A stretch of 64,000 nucleotides of DNA from NCBI GenBank assembly GCA_023140385.1, contig JAGLLT010000002.1, positions 24,295-88,294 of the forward strand, in the 5' to 3' direction. Position 1 is the first letter of the stretch. Every line of letters starts with the position of its first letter. The position numbers were made by a program, and so were the translations under genes. Shown here piece by piece: positions 18,673 through 27,608 of this stretch. The notes below the pieces were generated by a model. It did no database searches. It saw nothing but the letters and a program-made list of their open reading frames with translations, and had not been told where the DNA came from. The stretch comes from Candidatus Omnitrophota bacterium. GTDB taxonomy: Bacteria; Omnitrophota; Gorgyraeia; JAGLLT01.

Positions 18673-20559
18673 ATGTGCGGAATTTCCGGTGTCGTTTATA
18701 GCCAGCCAAAAAGTCATTCAGATAAACAATTGCTAAAAAGCATGAGCGATTCCTTGTTGCATAGGGGGCCGGACGATGAAGGTATTTACGAGGATCAACT
18801 GGCAGGCTTATCTTTTAGAAGACTTAGCATAATTAGTTTAGATAATGGTCATCAGCCTCTTCATAATGAAGACGAAACTATCTGGGCAATATGTAACGGT
18901 GAAATTTATAATTATAGAGACCTGAAAAAAGATTTATCAAAAAGAAACCATAAATTTTATAGTGATTCAGATTGCGAAGTTATACCGCATTTATATGAAG
19001 AGTACGGAGAAAATTTCGTTGAGAAGTTAAACGGAATGTTTGCCCTGGCTATATGGGATAAGAAAGCTGGAAAATTAATTTTGGCCAGAGATAGAATGGG
19101 CCAAAAACCTCTTTATTACTCTTGTTTTAATGGGAAAATAATGTTCGCGTCTGAACTAAAAGCTTTGCTAAGATGCCCTGAAATCGGTAAGGAAATAAAT
19201 TTTGATTCATTGAATAAATATCTCACCTTTGAATATATACCAGCTCCAAATACCATATTTAAACAAATTAAGAAAATTTTGCCGGCTGAATTATTGATAT
19301 ATGAAAACGGCAGAATTAGTTTGAAAAATTACTGGCGGATTAATTACTCTTCAAAGAGTAAAATTTCAGAGCAAGAAGCTATCGTTGAAGTTAGAAGCAA
19401 ATTGATAGAAGCGGTAAGCAGAAGATTGATAAGCGACGCGCCCTTAGGCGCTTTTTTAAGCGGGGGTATAGATTCCGGTCTTATTGTTTCTTTGATGACG
19501 CAACTGAGTAATGAAAAAGTTAAATGTTTTAGTATTGGTTTTGATGAAAGGTCTTTTAATGAACTTGAATATGCCAAAATACTTTCAAAAAAGCTTAATG
19601 TTGAGCACTTGTACTTGAATATTAAAGCCAAAGATATGCTTGAATTGATACCGCAGATAACGTCCTTTCTGGATGAGCCGTTAGCTGACGCGTCAATCAT
19701 CCCCACGTATTTATTATCAAAATTTACCAGAAGACATGTCAAAGTGGCACTTTCAGGAGATGGGGGAGACGAATTATTCGCGGGCTATCCAACGTATAAC
19801 GCTCACAAGATAGCAAGATATTATAAACTTTGTCCTAAAAAAATTAGGAAGAACGTAATAGATAGATTGATAAATAAATTACCTGTTTCAACATCAAATA
19901 TAAGCCTGGATTTTAAACTCAAAAAGTTTATTTCAGTTATGGATTATGATCAGTATAAAAGGCACTATCTATGGTTGGGATCTTTTCAACCGCCGGAAAA
20001 AGATAAGCTGCTAAGCGATGGAGTAAAAAATGAGATAAATAATAAAAACGAATTTGAAGAAATTGATATGTATTTACGAGATTTCAAAAGCCCAAACCCA
20101 TTAGAAAATATTCTCTATCTGGATAGTAAATTGTATTTACAGGATGATATTTTAACAAAGGTTGATAGGGCAAGCATGGCCAACTCTTTAGAGGTTAGGT
20201 CACCATTCTTGGATCATACATTTGTTGAGTATGTAACTTCTTTACCTATGAGTTTGAAGTTAAAGGGCTACACCAATAAATATATATTAAAGAAAATGGC
20301 AGGGGAATATCTGCCAAAATGTATAATCAATAGGCCCAAAAAGGGATTTGGCCTTCCATTAGCTATGTGGTTCAAAAATGATTTAAAAAGTTTTGTATTA
20401 GATGTTTTAAGGCCGTCTAAAATTAATAGCCAAGGTTATTTTAACGCGAATTATGTACAGGAGTTACTAAACCAACACTTTAGCGGCAAAAAAGATAATC
20501 GTAAATTAATTTGGACATTGCTAGTTTTTCAGATGTGGTTTGATAAATACCTAAACTAA
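18673..20559 (+). CDS. asnB: Asparagine synthase (glutamine-hydrolysing)-like amidotransferase
   Basis: MCGI N-terminal nucleophile, HRGPD, NGEIYNY, RDRMGQKPLYY, LSGGIDS, SGDGGDELFAGY, KVDRASMANSLEVRSPF. In this context it is probably a sugar amidotransferase. Confidence 0.9.
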   Translation: MCGISGVVYSQPKSHSDKQLLKSMSDSLLHRGPDDEGIYEDQLAGLSFRRLSIISLDNGHQPLHNEDETIWAICNGEIYNYRDLKKDLSKRNHKFYSDSDCEVIPHLYEEYGENFVEKLNGMFALAIWDKKAGKLILARDRMGQKPLYYSCFNGKIMFASELKALLRCPEIGKEINFDSLNKYLTFEYIPAPNTIFKQIKKILPAELLIYENGRISLKNYWRINYSSKSKISEQEAIVEVRSKLIEAVSRRLISDAPLGAFLSGGIDSGLIVSLMTQLSNEKVKCFSIGFDERSFNELEYAKILSKKLNVEHLYLNIKAKDMLELIPQITSFLDEPLADASIIPTYLLSKFTRRHVKVALSGDGGDELFAGYPTYNAHKIARYYKLCPKKIRKNVIDRLINKLPVSTSNISLDFKLKKFISVMDYDQYKRHYLWLGSFQPPEKDKLLSDGVKNEINNKNEFEEIDMYLRDFKSPNPLENILYLDSKLYLQDDILTKVDRASMANSLEVRSPFLDHTFVEYVTSLPMSLKLKGYTNKYILKKMAGEYLPKCIINRPKKGFGLPLAMWFKNDLKSFVLDVLRPSKINSQGYFNANYVQELLNQHFSGKKDNRKLIWTLLVFQMWFDKYLN

Positions 20560-20570
20560 GAAAGGCAGAA

Positions 20571-21995
20571 TTGAAAGTAATTCTTATTAATCCTCCAAGA
20601 CTCCAAGAGAGGCCGTCTTTTTTGTCGGTACAGATGCCTCTTAACATTGCTTATATAGCGGCGTATTTAATACGCGGCGGTTTTGATGTTGAAATATGGG
20701 ATTTTGAAGTAGAGGAGTATAGTGATTCACTGTTAATTAAAAGGGTGGAGAATACCCAGCCATGTATTATTGGATTGAGCGCGTTCACCTCCACAGTATT
20801 ATGCGCCGATCGCTTAGCAGGGGTTGTAAAGAATAATTTTCCACACATTAGAATAGCTGTAGGCGGCGTTCATGTTTCCGCCTTGCCTCATCAAAGCTTA
20901 AAGGAGTTTGAAAGCTTTGATTGTGTAGTTGTCGGTGAAGGAGAGAGGACGTTTTTAGAGTTTTGTCAAAATACAAGAGACGGAAAGCCGGTTGATAATA
21001 TTGACGGTTTGCTTATTCGAGGTAAAGATGATTTTACCCCAAGAAAACCGATTGAGGATTTGGACGAATTGCCTTTTCCCGCAAGGGATTTGTTGAATCG
21101 TAAGCTATATACGGGGACCGTTCATAAGGGGTTTTCAAGGGATTATTTAAATATCTTAGAAGTTTTTACGGCGCGCGGTTGTCCTTATGAGTGCATATTT
21201 TGCGCTTCAAATGTAACCCTGGGACGCAAAGTGAGATTTAGAAGCATAAGCAATATTTGTGACGAAATTTCAGAAGAGATTAGAAAATGTAAGATAAATC
21301 ATGTGACATTTTTAGATGATACATTAACTCTCAAGCCGGAAAGAATAAAGAAGCTATGCGGATACTTAAAAAGTAACAACCTTACCTGGAACGCTACGGG
21401 CACGAGAGTTAATACCGTTACTAAAGAACTGCTTCAGGAGATGTCAGAATGCGGCTGCATAGGTATTGCTTTTGGCGTTGAGTCAGGGAGCCAGCGCATG
21501 CTTGATCTTATGAAGAAGGGGATTACTTTGAAACAAGTTAGGGATGCTTTTAAATGGGCCAAAGAGGCTAAAGTAAGAAGCATCGAGGCGGATTTTATAA
21601 TCGGCGCGCATCCTGATGAAACGGTTGAAGATTTAGAGTTAACGCGGAAACTTATAAAGGAATTGAAGCCTGATATTTTGTCGGTAGCCTACATTACGCC
21701 TTATCCAAAAACAGAGGTTAGCCGACTTATGAAAGAGAGAAACCTTATTGCGAATTCCAATGATTGGGGCAATTTCATGCTTTTTAGCAGCAAAAAGCCA
21801 TCTTGGAGAACTGTTAATTTTTCTTCCGATGATTTATTTAATACGCAAAGGCGCATGCTGAGAAACTACTATTACACTCCCGGTTACATTCTGAGAAAAA
21901 TAAGTAAAATGAAGAACTTAAATGAGTTTTTTTACTGGGCAAAATCAGCCATAGATTTTGCTAAGATAAGTATTTTTAGTTCTAATAGAAATTGA
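20571..21995 (+). CDS. B12-binding radical SAM protein (class B methylase-like)
   Basis: GGVHVS in the cobalamin domain, GEGE, ARGCPYECIFC (CX3CX2C), GVESGSQ. TTG start. Confidence 0.9.
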   Translation: MKVILINPPRLQERPSFLSVQMPLNIAYIAAYLIRGGFDVEIWDFEVEEYSDSLLIKRVENTQPCIIGLSAFTSTVLCADRLAGVVKNNFPHIRIAVGGVHVSALPHQSLKEFESFDCVVVGEGERTFLEFCQNTRDGKPVDNIDGLLIRGKDDFTPRKPIEDLDELPFPARDLLNRKLYTGTVHKGFSRDYLNILEVFTARGCPYECIFCASNVTLGRKVRFRSISNICDEISEEIRKCKINHVTFLDDTLTLKPERIKKLCGYLKSNNLTWNATGTRVNTVTKELLQEMSECGCIGIAFGVESGSQRMLDLMKKGITLKQVRDAFKWAKEAKVRSIEADFIIGAHPDETVEDLELTRKLIKELKPDILSVAYITPYPKTEVSRLMKERNLIANSNDWGNFMLFSSKKPSWRTVNFSSDDLFNTQRRMLRNYYYTPGYILRKISKMKNLNEFFYWAKSAIDFAKISIFSSNRN

Positions 21996-22010
21996 AATCA
22001 ATATTTTAAA

Positions 22011-22742
22011 ATGGAAAAAAACCAGCGGCATTTAGAAGAAAAAGAGCATTTTCGAAGAAAGGCAGAGGCCTGCGGCCATTCTTGGTGGGGGCAGGCTACA
22101 ATAGCCGGCAGGGGACGCCTAAAAAGGAAGCAAAGAATTTTAAGTGATTTTTTAAAGAAAGGAAACTTAAAGACAGTTATACTGGAAATAGGCTGCGGCG
22201 CCGGAGAACTTACCTCGTCAGTTAAGAAGCATATACGGGTTGTGGGAATGGATCTCTCCCTGGATTTGCTTAGATTCGCAAAGGAAGCAAATAAGGGCGT
22301 TGAATATATTCAAGCAGACGCGTTAGCTATTCCATTTGAGGATCAGACATTTGATTTTGTTGTTGGTGATGGCATTCTTCATCATCTTGATCTGATAGCC
22401 GCTCTTAATGAAATCAAGAGAGTTTTAAAAGACAACGGCTCTATTTTATTTTTTGAGCCTAATATGCTTAATCCACAGATTTTTTTGGAAAGAAAGATTA
22501 GCTTTATTAGAAAGATTAACCAAACTCAGAATGAAACTGCTTTTTACAGGTGGAACCTCAAGAATATTTTGAAGCGGGATTGGCAAAATGCTGAAGTCAA
22601 GTCATTTGATTTTCTTCATCCTGCTACGCCTAAGTGTTTAATCTCGATAGTTGAATGTATCGGATTCGGGCTCGAGAAGGTGCCATTAATAAAAGAGTTT
22701 GCAGGTTCCATTTACATAGAAGCCGAGAAACGGAAAATATAG
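22011..22742 (+). CDS. Class I SAM methyltransferase
   Basis: LEIGCGAG; ADALAIPFEDQTFD; ILHHL; FFEPN. Confidence 0.88.
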   Translation: MEKNQRHLEEKEHFRRKAEACGHSWWGQATIAGRGRLKRKQRILSDFLKKGNLKTVILEIGCGAGELTSSVKKHIRVVGMDLSLDLLRFAKEANKGVEYIQADALAIPFEDQTFDFVVGDGILHHLDLIAALNEIKRVLKDNGSILFFEPNMLNPQIFLERKISFIRKINQTQNETAFYRWNLKNILKRDWQNAEVKSFDFLHPATPKCLISIVECIGFGLEKVPLIKEFAGSIYIEAEKRKI

Positions 22743-22753
22743 GTACGATATAT

Positions 22754-25700
22754 ATGTTGAAAAGAAAAAAACTAATATACAATTTTATTTTAATCGTTTT
22801 CGGCTTAACACCTCTTTTGTGGTTTAAACCTCAAATGATGCTAAAGACTTCTGATTTACGCTTGCCTGTGAGTTGGGAGCAATGGAATAATTTGCTCTAT
22901 GTTTGGAATCATACGCTCGCGGCCGGCGCGAGCCGTTTGTTGGATACTTCTTTAATTCTATTTTGGACTCCGTCAGCTATTCTTAGCAAGTTCGGCGTTT
23001 CGTTGATTGCTACTCAAAGGATAATTTTTACCTTTTGGTTTATGCTTACAGCTTTTTGCTCATACTACATGTTTAGAAAGCTGCTTACCGGGAAGTGGCG
23101 TTTATTGGCGGCTCTTACCGCGACTAGTTTTTATCTATATAATCTTTGGCCTGAGTCTTATTGGGTTGGGTTTAAGCCGCCGCTTGTTGCCGGATACGCA
23201 GTGTTACCTGTTATTATTGCGCTTATTATTGCTACTTTCAATAAAGAGATAAATTACAAAAAGTCCGCTATGTATATCGCGCTCGTTTCTTTAGTTGCTT
23301 CAAGTATTGGTAATAATCCATCTGAATTTATCGGGCTAATTGCCCCTGTCGTTATTTTGTTTTTCTATTTTTTTACCAGAAAAAAATGCTGGAAAGAAAA
23401 AAAAGAGTTTCTTTTCTTTGCTAAGTTCAGCGGTTTAACACTTTTATTATTCATAATCTGTAATTCTTATTGGCTCGGATTACAAGCAAGCATGCTTTGG
23501 CAGAATATATCCAGCGGCGTGTATGCTTCAAGCGTGCCCACATCGCTTAATTGGTTAAGAGGTATTTCTACGCAGACAAGTTTTTTAAATGTAATGCGCT
23601 TGCAGGCTGATTGGTCATGGTATGGGGGATGCGTCGATCCCTATAGAAGTTACAGCGCTTTCTATAGATCAAATTTTATTTTCTTAGGCTTAAGCTATAT
23701 CGCGCCGCTCTTAGCTTGTTTGGGGGCCATTATTTCAAAGAACAAGAATAAGTTGTATTTTATTATCCTGGGGCTAATTGGAATTGTTCTGAGCATGGGC
23801 GCGCACTTTCCTTTTGAGGGATCTTACATATGGTTAGTTAGAAATATTCCGCTATTTTGGATTATCAGAAGCCCTTATTTCAAATTTGGACTGTTAATTT
23901 GCCTGGCGTATTCATTTTTAATTGGAGTAGCGTGTCAAAAAATGTGTCAATGGTTAGAGAGGATAAAAATATATAGAGCGCCATATTTTTTCGCGGCTAT
24001 TATTATCATAATAAACATAACTTACGCGTTTCCGGTAAGCCTCGGAAAAATGTTTCATGACGAAGAAATCAGATCGTTTTTAGCTGCTGATCATGTATCG
24101 GTCCCGGATTACGTTTTAGATACGGCAAACTGGTTAAATTCGAAGGAGGGATTCTTCAGAGTATATACGGTTCCCGGTGACAGTCCGTGGATAACGAGCT
24201 GGAATTATGTGGGCTATGGTTCAATAATTCAGAATTACATACGCATGCCGGTTGTTTTTAAATATACCTCTGATTACATACTATATTCTCAAGGCGCGGA
24301 AAATCAAAGCCGGCCGATAGTTGAAGCTCTGGAAAAAAGTATTTTTGGACAGTCTAATTATGATGTTGCAAAAATGTTAGCATTGCTTAACATTAAATAT
24401 GTAGTGCAGGAAAATGACGTACGCTTTGATTTTTATAAAGGTCCGGGTTTTGTTGAAGGGGATAGTCCCGAATTTATGAAAAATAAATTGAATAGCCTCA
24501 AAGACATTGAGTTTGAGAGAAGTTTTGGAAAATGGGATGTTTATAAGGTCAACAAAGAGATTCCATATATCTATTCGGCGTCAAAGATTAATCTGATAGT
24601 TGGAAAATTAAACAACCTTACTCCGAAATTATCTTCAGAGTTTCTTGATAAACCGGCGTTGCTTTTCACAGATAAAATTAACGATGACCATATAGAGTTA
24701 CTAAAAAATAATTTAGTAGAAAATTTAATTATTAACGGAAACGCTGAAAGCGCGGCAAGAGCATTGGAGAACGCGCGGGAAGTACTAAAAAAGAATAGCT
24801 TTCAATATCTGATTCATTCTTCAGACATCGTACCCACGTTGATAGATGAGCCGAATATTGCGTTAAATTTAGAAGGATTTAGCAAGCCTGAAGCTTTGTT
24901 TCAAAATCAAACGTGGCGATGGATAACAGCGTCCAACTTAGAGCCGAATATAATTTTAAATAATTCTACAAGCGAAAATAAATATGTCAACTTAAAATTT
25001 TTAGTTTATTCGTATAAGCGCAAGAGAACATTGCATCTATATTTAAACGAAGAAGCGCTCAAGATAGTTTATGTACCAAGGGATGAAGCCACCGAAGTTA
25101 TGATTGAGGGAATCAAACTAAAACCGGGAAAGAATATCATTGCCCATTATTCTCCCGACCAATGTGACGTAAGGAATGAGCGTAAAGTTCGTTTTGCTTT
25201 ATCGGATATTTCGTTTAAAGGCCGTAAGTTTACGAGCAAAATTATTATACCAAAAGATGGTAACTATTTAATTAGAGCCTCGTGGTTGATGGCTCCGGCC
25301 GCGCGGGTTAGTCGATTAGTCGCAATTGACGGCAAGGAATTAAAAACAAGTTTAAATAATGATGGAAAGGCGCTTGTCGCGCCAAAAAGTCATCTCAGTA
25401 AAGGCACCTATAATATAGAAGTAAAACAAAGCAATCAGCAAGACTATTATATTGAAATTATACCTATTTCTTGTCAAAAAGGCGAGATCCAAATTCAACC
25501 GCTGGAGTTTACCATGATAAATCCGACGAAGTATAAAATTAATAGCAGCATCAAGTATCCACTGATTTTCTTTAATGAATCTTATGGCGCGGCATGGCAG
25601 TTATATAGTAAAGGCGCTGATAAAAATGTGTACAAACATTTTGAAACTAACGGATTTTCTAATGGATGGTATGTTGATAAATCATTTGAGATATCGGACG

Positions 25701-25834
25701 AACATGATATAATAATATCTTATTTTCCGCAGAGACTTTTTATAATTTTAGCTTTGGTTTCATTATTGGCATGCCTTGGGTGTTTTTTTACATTATTTAT
25801 ATTGGGCAGGCGCTCTAAGTTTGCAAAAAGTTAA
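22754..25834 (+). CDS. Large multi-TM DUF3367/AftD-like putative GT-C glycosyltransferase (paralog 2 of 4)
   Basis: ATG at 22754 is preferred because it aligns with the paralog starts. PLLWFK-TSD, LNVMRLQADWSWY, RSPYFKF, FGKWDVY, INPTKY, NGFSNGW, C-terminal TM. Confidence 0.65.
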   Translation: MLKRKKLIYNFILIVFGLTPLLWFKPQMMLKTSDLRLPVSWEQWNNLLYVWNHTLAAGASRLLDTSLILFWTPSAILSKFGVSLIATQRIIFTFWFMLTAFCSYYMFRKLLTGKWRLLAALTATSFYLYNLWPESYWVGFKPPLVAGYAVLPVIIALIIATFNKEINYKKSAMYIALVSLVASSIGNNPSEFIGLIAPVVILFFYFFTRKKCWKEKKEFLFFAKFSGLTLLLFIICNSYWLGLQASMLWQNISSGVYASSVPTSLNWLRGISTQTSFLNVMRLQADWSWYGGCVDPYRSYSAFYRSNFIFLGLSYIAPLLACLGAIISKNKNKLYFIILGLIGIVLSMGAHFPFEGSYIWLVRNIPLFWIIRSPYFKFGLLICLAYSFLIGVACQKMCQWLERIKIYRAPYFFAAIIIIINITYAFPVSLGKMFHDEEIRSFLAADHVSVPDYVLDTANWLNSKEGFFRVYTVPGDSPWITSWNYVGYGSIIQNYIRMPVVFKYTSDYILYSQGAENQSRPIVEALEKSIFGQSNYDVAKMLALLNIKYVVQENDVRFDFYKGPGFVEGDSPEFMKNKLNSLKDIEFERSFGKWDVYKVNKEIPYIYSASKINLIVGKLNNLTPKLSSEFLDKPALLFTDKINDDHIELLKNNLVENLIINGNAESAARALENAREVLKKNSFQYLIHSSDIVPTLIDEPNIALNLEGFSKPEALFQNQTWRWITASNLEPNIILNNSTSENKYVNLKFLVYSYKRKRTLHLYLNEEALKIVYVPRDEATEVMIEGIKLKPGKNIIAHYSPDQCDVRNERKVRFALSDISFKGRKFTSKIIIPKDGNYLIRASWLMAPAARVSRLVAIDGKELKTSLNNDGKALVAPKSHLSKGTYNIEVKQSNQQDYYIEIIPISCQKGEIQIQPLEFTMINPTKYKINSSIKYPLIFFNESYGAAWQLYSKGADKNVYKHFETNGFSNGWYVDKSFEISDEHDIIISYFPQRLFIILALVSLLACLGCFFTLFILGRRSKFAKS

Positions 25835-25955
25835 ACCCGAAGGCGGTTGCGGCCTTGAAATGGATAGTCTTACTTATAGCATCATTTATGGGAAATTTAG
25901 GTTTTTTTGCCCATTGAAATATATTGTTGCAAAACTATAAATAAAGGGGATATTA

Positions 25956-27608
25956 ATGTATATTTTAGGCATTACAGCACCAATTTCCTGGAATAGCGCC
26001 GCCTGTTTGATTAAAGATGGAGAATTAATAGCGGCAGCGGAAGAAGAAAGGTTTACCCGCATTAAACACGCGCCTCGGATACCTCCCGTGAAAGCAACTA
26101 AATATTGCCTGAACGAAGCGGGTATAAATATGAATCAGGTTGATTATATTGCTGTAGGCTTTAGCTCACCCTTAGTATATGGCCTAAAGAACCTTATTGA
26201 TGAAACCAAAGAATTGAATTTTGATAGATATCTTCAGCAGATTGGCTCTGTATTTGAATATAAGATAATAATGTATAAATTAAAAGTTACCTTTAAAGAA
26301 ATTGATCCCAATATCGCGAATAAAAAGTTTGTTTTTTTCCCCCACCATGTTTCGCACGCGGCCAGTGCCTATAGAGTTAGTGGATTTGATAAAGCAAATA
26401 TTATAACTCTTGATGGAAGTGGCGAAGATGATTCCGGCATGTTAGCAGTAGGTGAAGGTAAAGATATGCGAATATTAAATAAAATCAAACTTAGAGACTC
26501 TCTTGGCGGTCTTTATAGTAATACCACGGATTTATTGGGTTTCGTTCGTCATAGTCAAGAAGGAAAAATAATGGGGCTTGCGGCTTATGGGAAGTTAATA
26601 CCGAAATTAGAAAAAAGTATACTTAGACAAAAAAATGATATGTATTATTTAAAAAAATGGTATTACAAATATCTTTGGAAAGAATTTGGCCCTCGTAGAA
26701 AGGAAAACGAAGAATTAACGGAGTTGCACAAGAACATAGCTTGTACCGTTCAGGATATTGTAGAAAAAGCGGGTATAATAGCCGCGAAGAAATTAAATAA
26801 AGAATCTAATGTAGATAAATTTTGTCTTTCCGGCGGCGTAGTTCTAAATTGCGATATGAACGCGAAAATATTAAATTTACCGTTTATTAAGGACATTTTT
26901 ATTCAACCGGCGGCTCATGATGCCAGTTCTGCTCTTGGAGCCGCCTTTGAGCTTTACGCAAGGCTTGGCGGTAAATCCAAGTTCGAAATGTCTCATGCGT
27001 ATTGGGGTCCTGAATATTCAAACGAAGGTATTTTGAAGGTTTTAAAAGAGGCGAAAACGAAGCACAAATATCATGAGAATATCGAAGAGGAAACGGCCCG
27101 CCTTATCGCGGAGGGTAATTTGATTGGTTGGTTTCAGGGCAGAATGGAATGGGGCCCGCGCGCGCTGGGAAATCGATCTATTCTTGCTCATCCGGCAAAA
27201 GAAGGTATAAAGGATAAAGTAAATCGCGAAGTTAAACATAGAGAAATGTGGCGTCCTTTTGCTCCCTCTATACTTGAAGAAGATGCTCCAAGGTACGTTG
27301 AAAATTACTACCCTTCTCCATTTATGCTGTTGACATTTAATGTTAAGCCGGAAATGAGAAAATATTTATCTCAAGCAATGCATGTAGATAATACTGTGCG
27401 ATTGCAAACCGTCAATAAACAAACGAATTCAAGATATCACGAATTAATTACCCAGTTTAAAAAGATGACTAATATACCGGCCTTATTGAATACCTCGTTT
27501 AATGATAGGGGAGAACCGTTAGTCGAGAGTCCTAAAGATGCTCTTAGAACATTTTATTCTACCGGTTTGGATTATTTAGTTCTCGGTAATTATATAATAG
27601 GAAAATAA
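25956..27608 (+). CDS. O-carbamoyltransferase (NodU/CmcH/TobZ family)
   Basis: EEERFTRIKH, HHVSHAASA, DGSGE, EGKIMGLAAYG, GPRALGNRSILA, RPFAPS, LNTSFN. Confidence 0.93.
   Translation: MYILGITAPISWNSAACLIKDGELIAAAEEERFTRIKHAPRIPPVKATKYCLNEAGINMNQVDYIAVGFSSPLVYGLKNLIDETKELNFDRYLQQIGSVFEYKIIMYKLKVTFKEIDPNIANKKFVFFPHHVSHAASAYRVSGFDKANIITLDGSGEDDSGMLAVGEGKDMRILNKIKLRDSLGGLYSNTTDLLGFVRHSQEGKIMGLAAYGKLIPKLEKSILRQKNDMYYLKKWYYKYLWKEFGPRRKENEELTELHKNIACTVQDIVEKAGIIAAKKLNKESNVDKFCLSGGVVLNCDMNAKILNLPFIKDIFIQPAAHDASSALGAAFELYARLGGKSKFEMSHAYWGPEYSNEGILKVLKEAKTKHKYHENIEEETARLIAEGNLIGWFQGRMEWGPRALGNRSILAHPAKEGIKDKVNREVKHREMWRPFAPSILEEDAPRYVENYYPSPFMLLTFNVKPEMRKYLSQAMHVDNTVRLQTVNKQTNSRYHELITQFKKMTNIPALLNTSFNDRGEPLVESPKDALRTFYSTGLDYLVLGNYIIGK

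Noticed and set aside
22655-22753. N-terminal extension of giant paralog 2 as given in the ORF track
   Set aside because: It overlaps the upstream methyltransferase, and paralog alignment supports the ATG at 22754. Starts at 112, 30687, 44766, 57691 and 61453 were moved downstream for similar reasons.
18673-27608. Secondary-metabolite (antibiotic) cluster interpretation from the radical SAM, carbamoyltransferase and AsnB genes
   Set aside because: No scaffold synthase, precursor peptide, exporter or regulator is visible, and the context is dominated by envelope glycosyltransferases.
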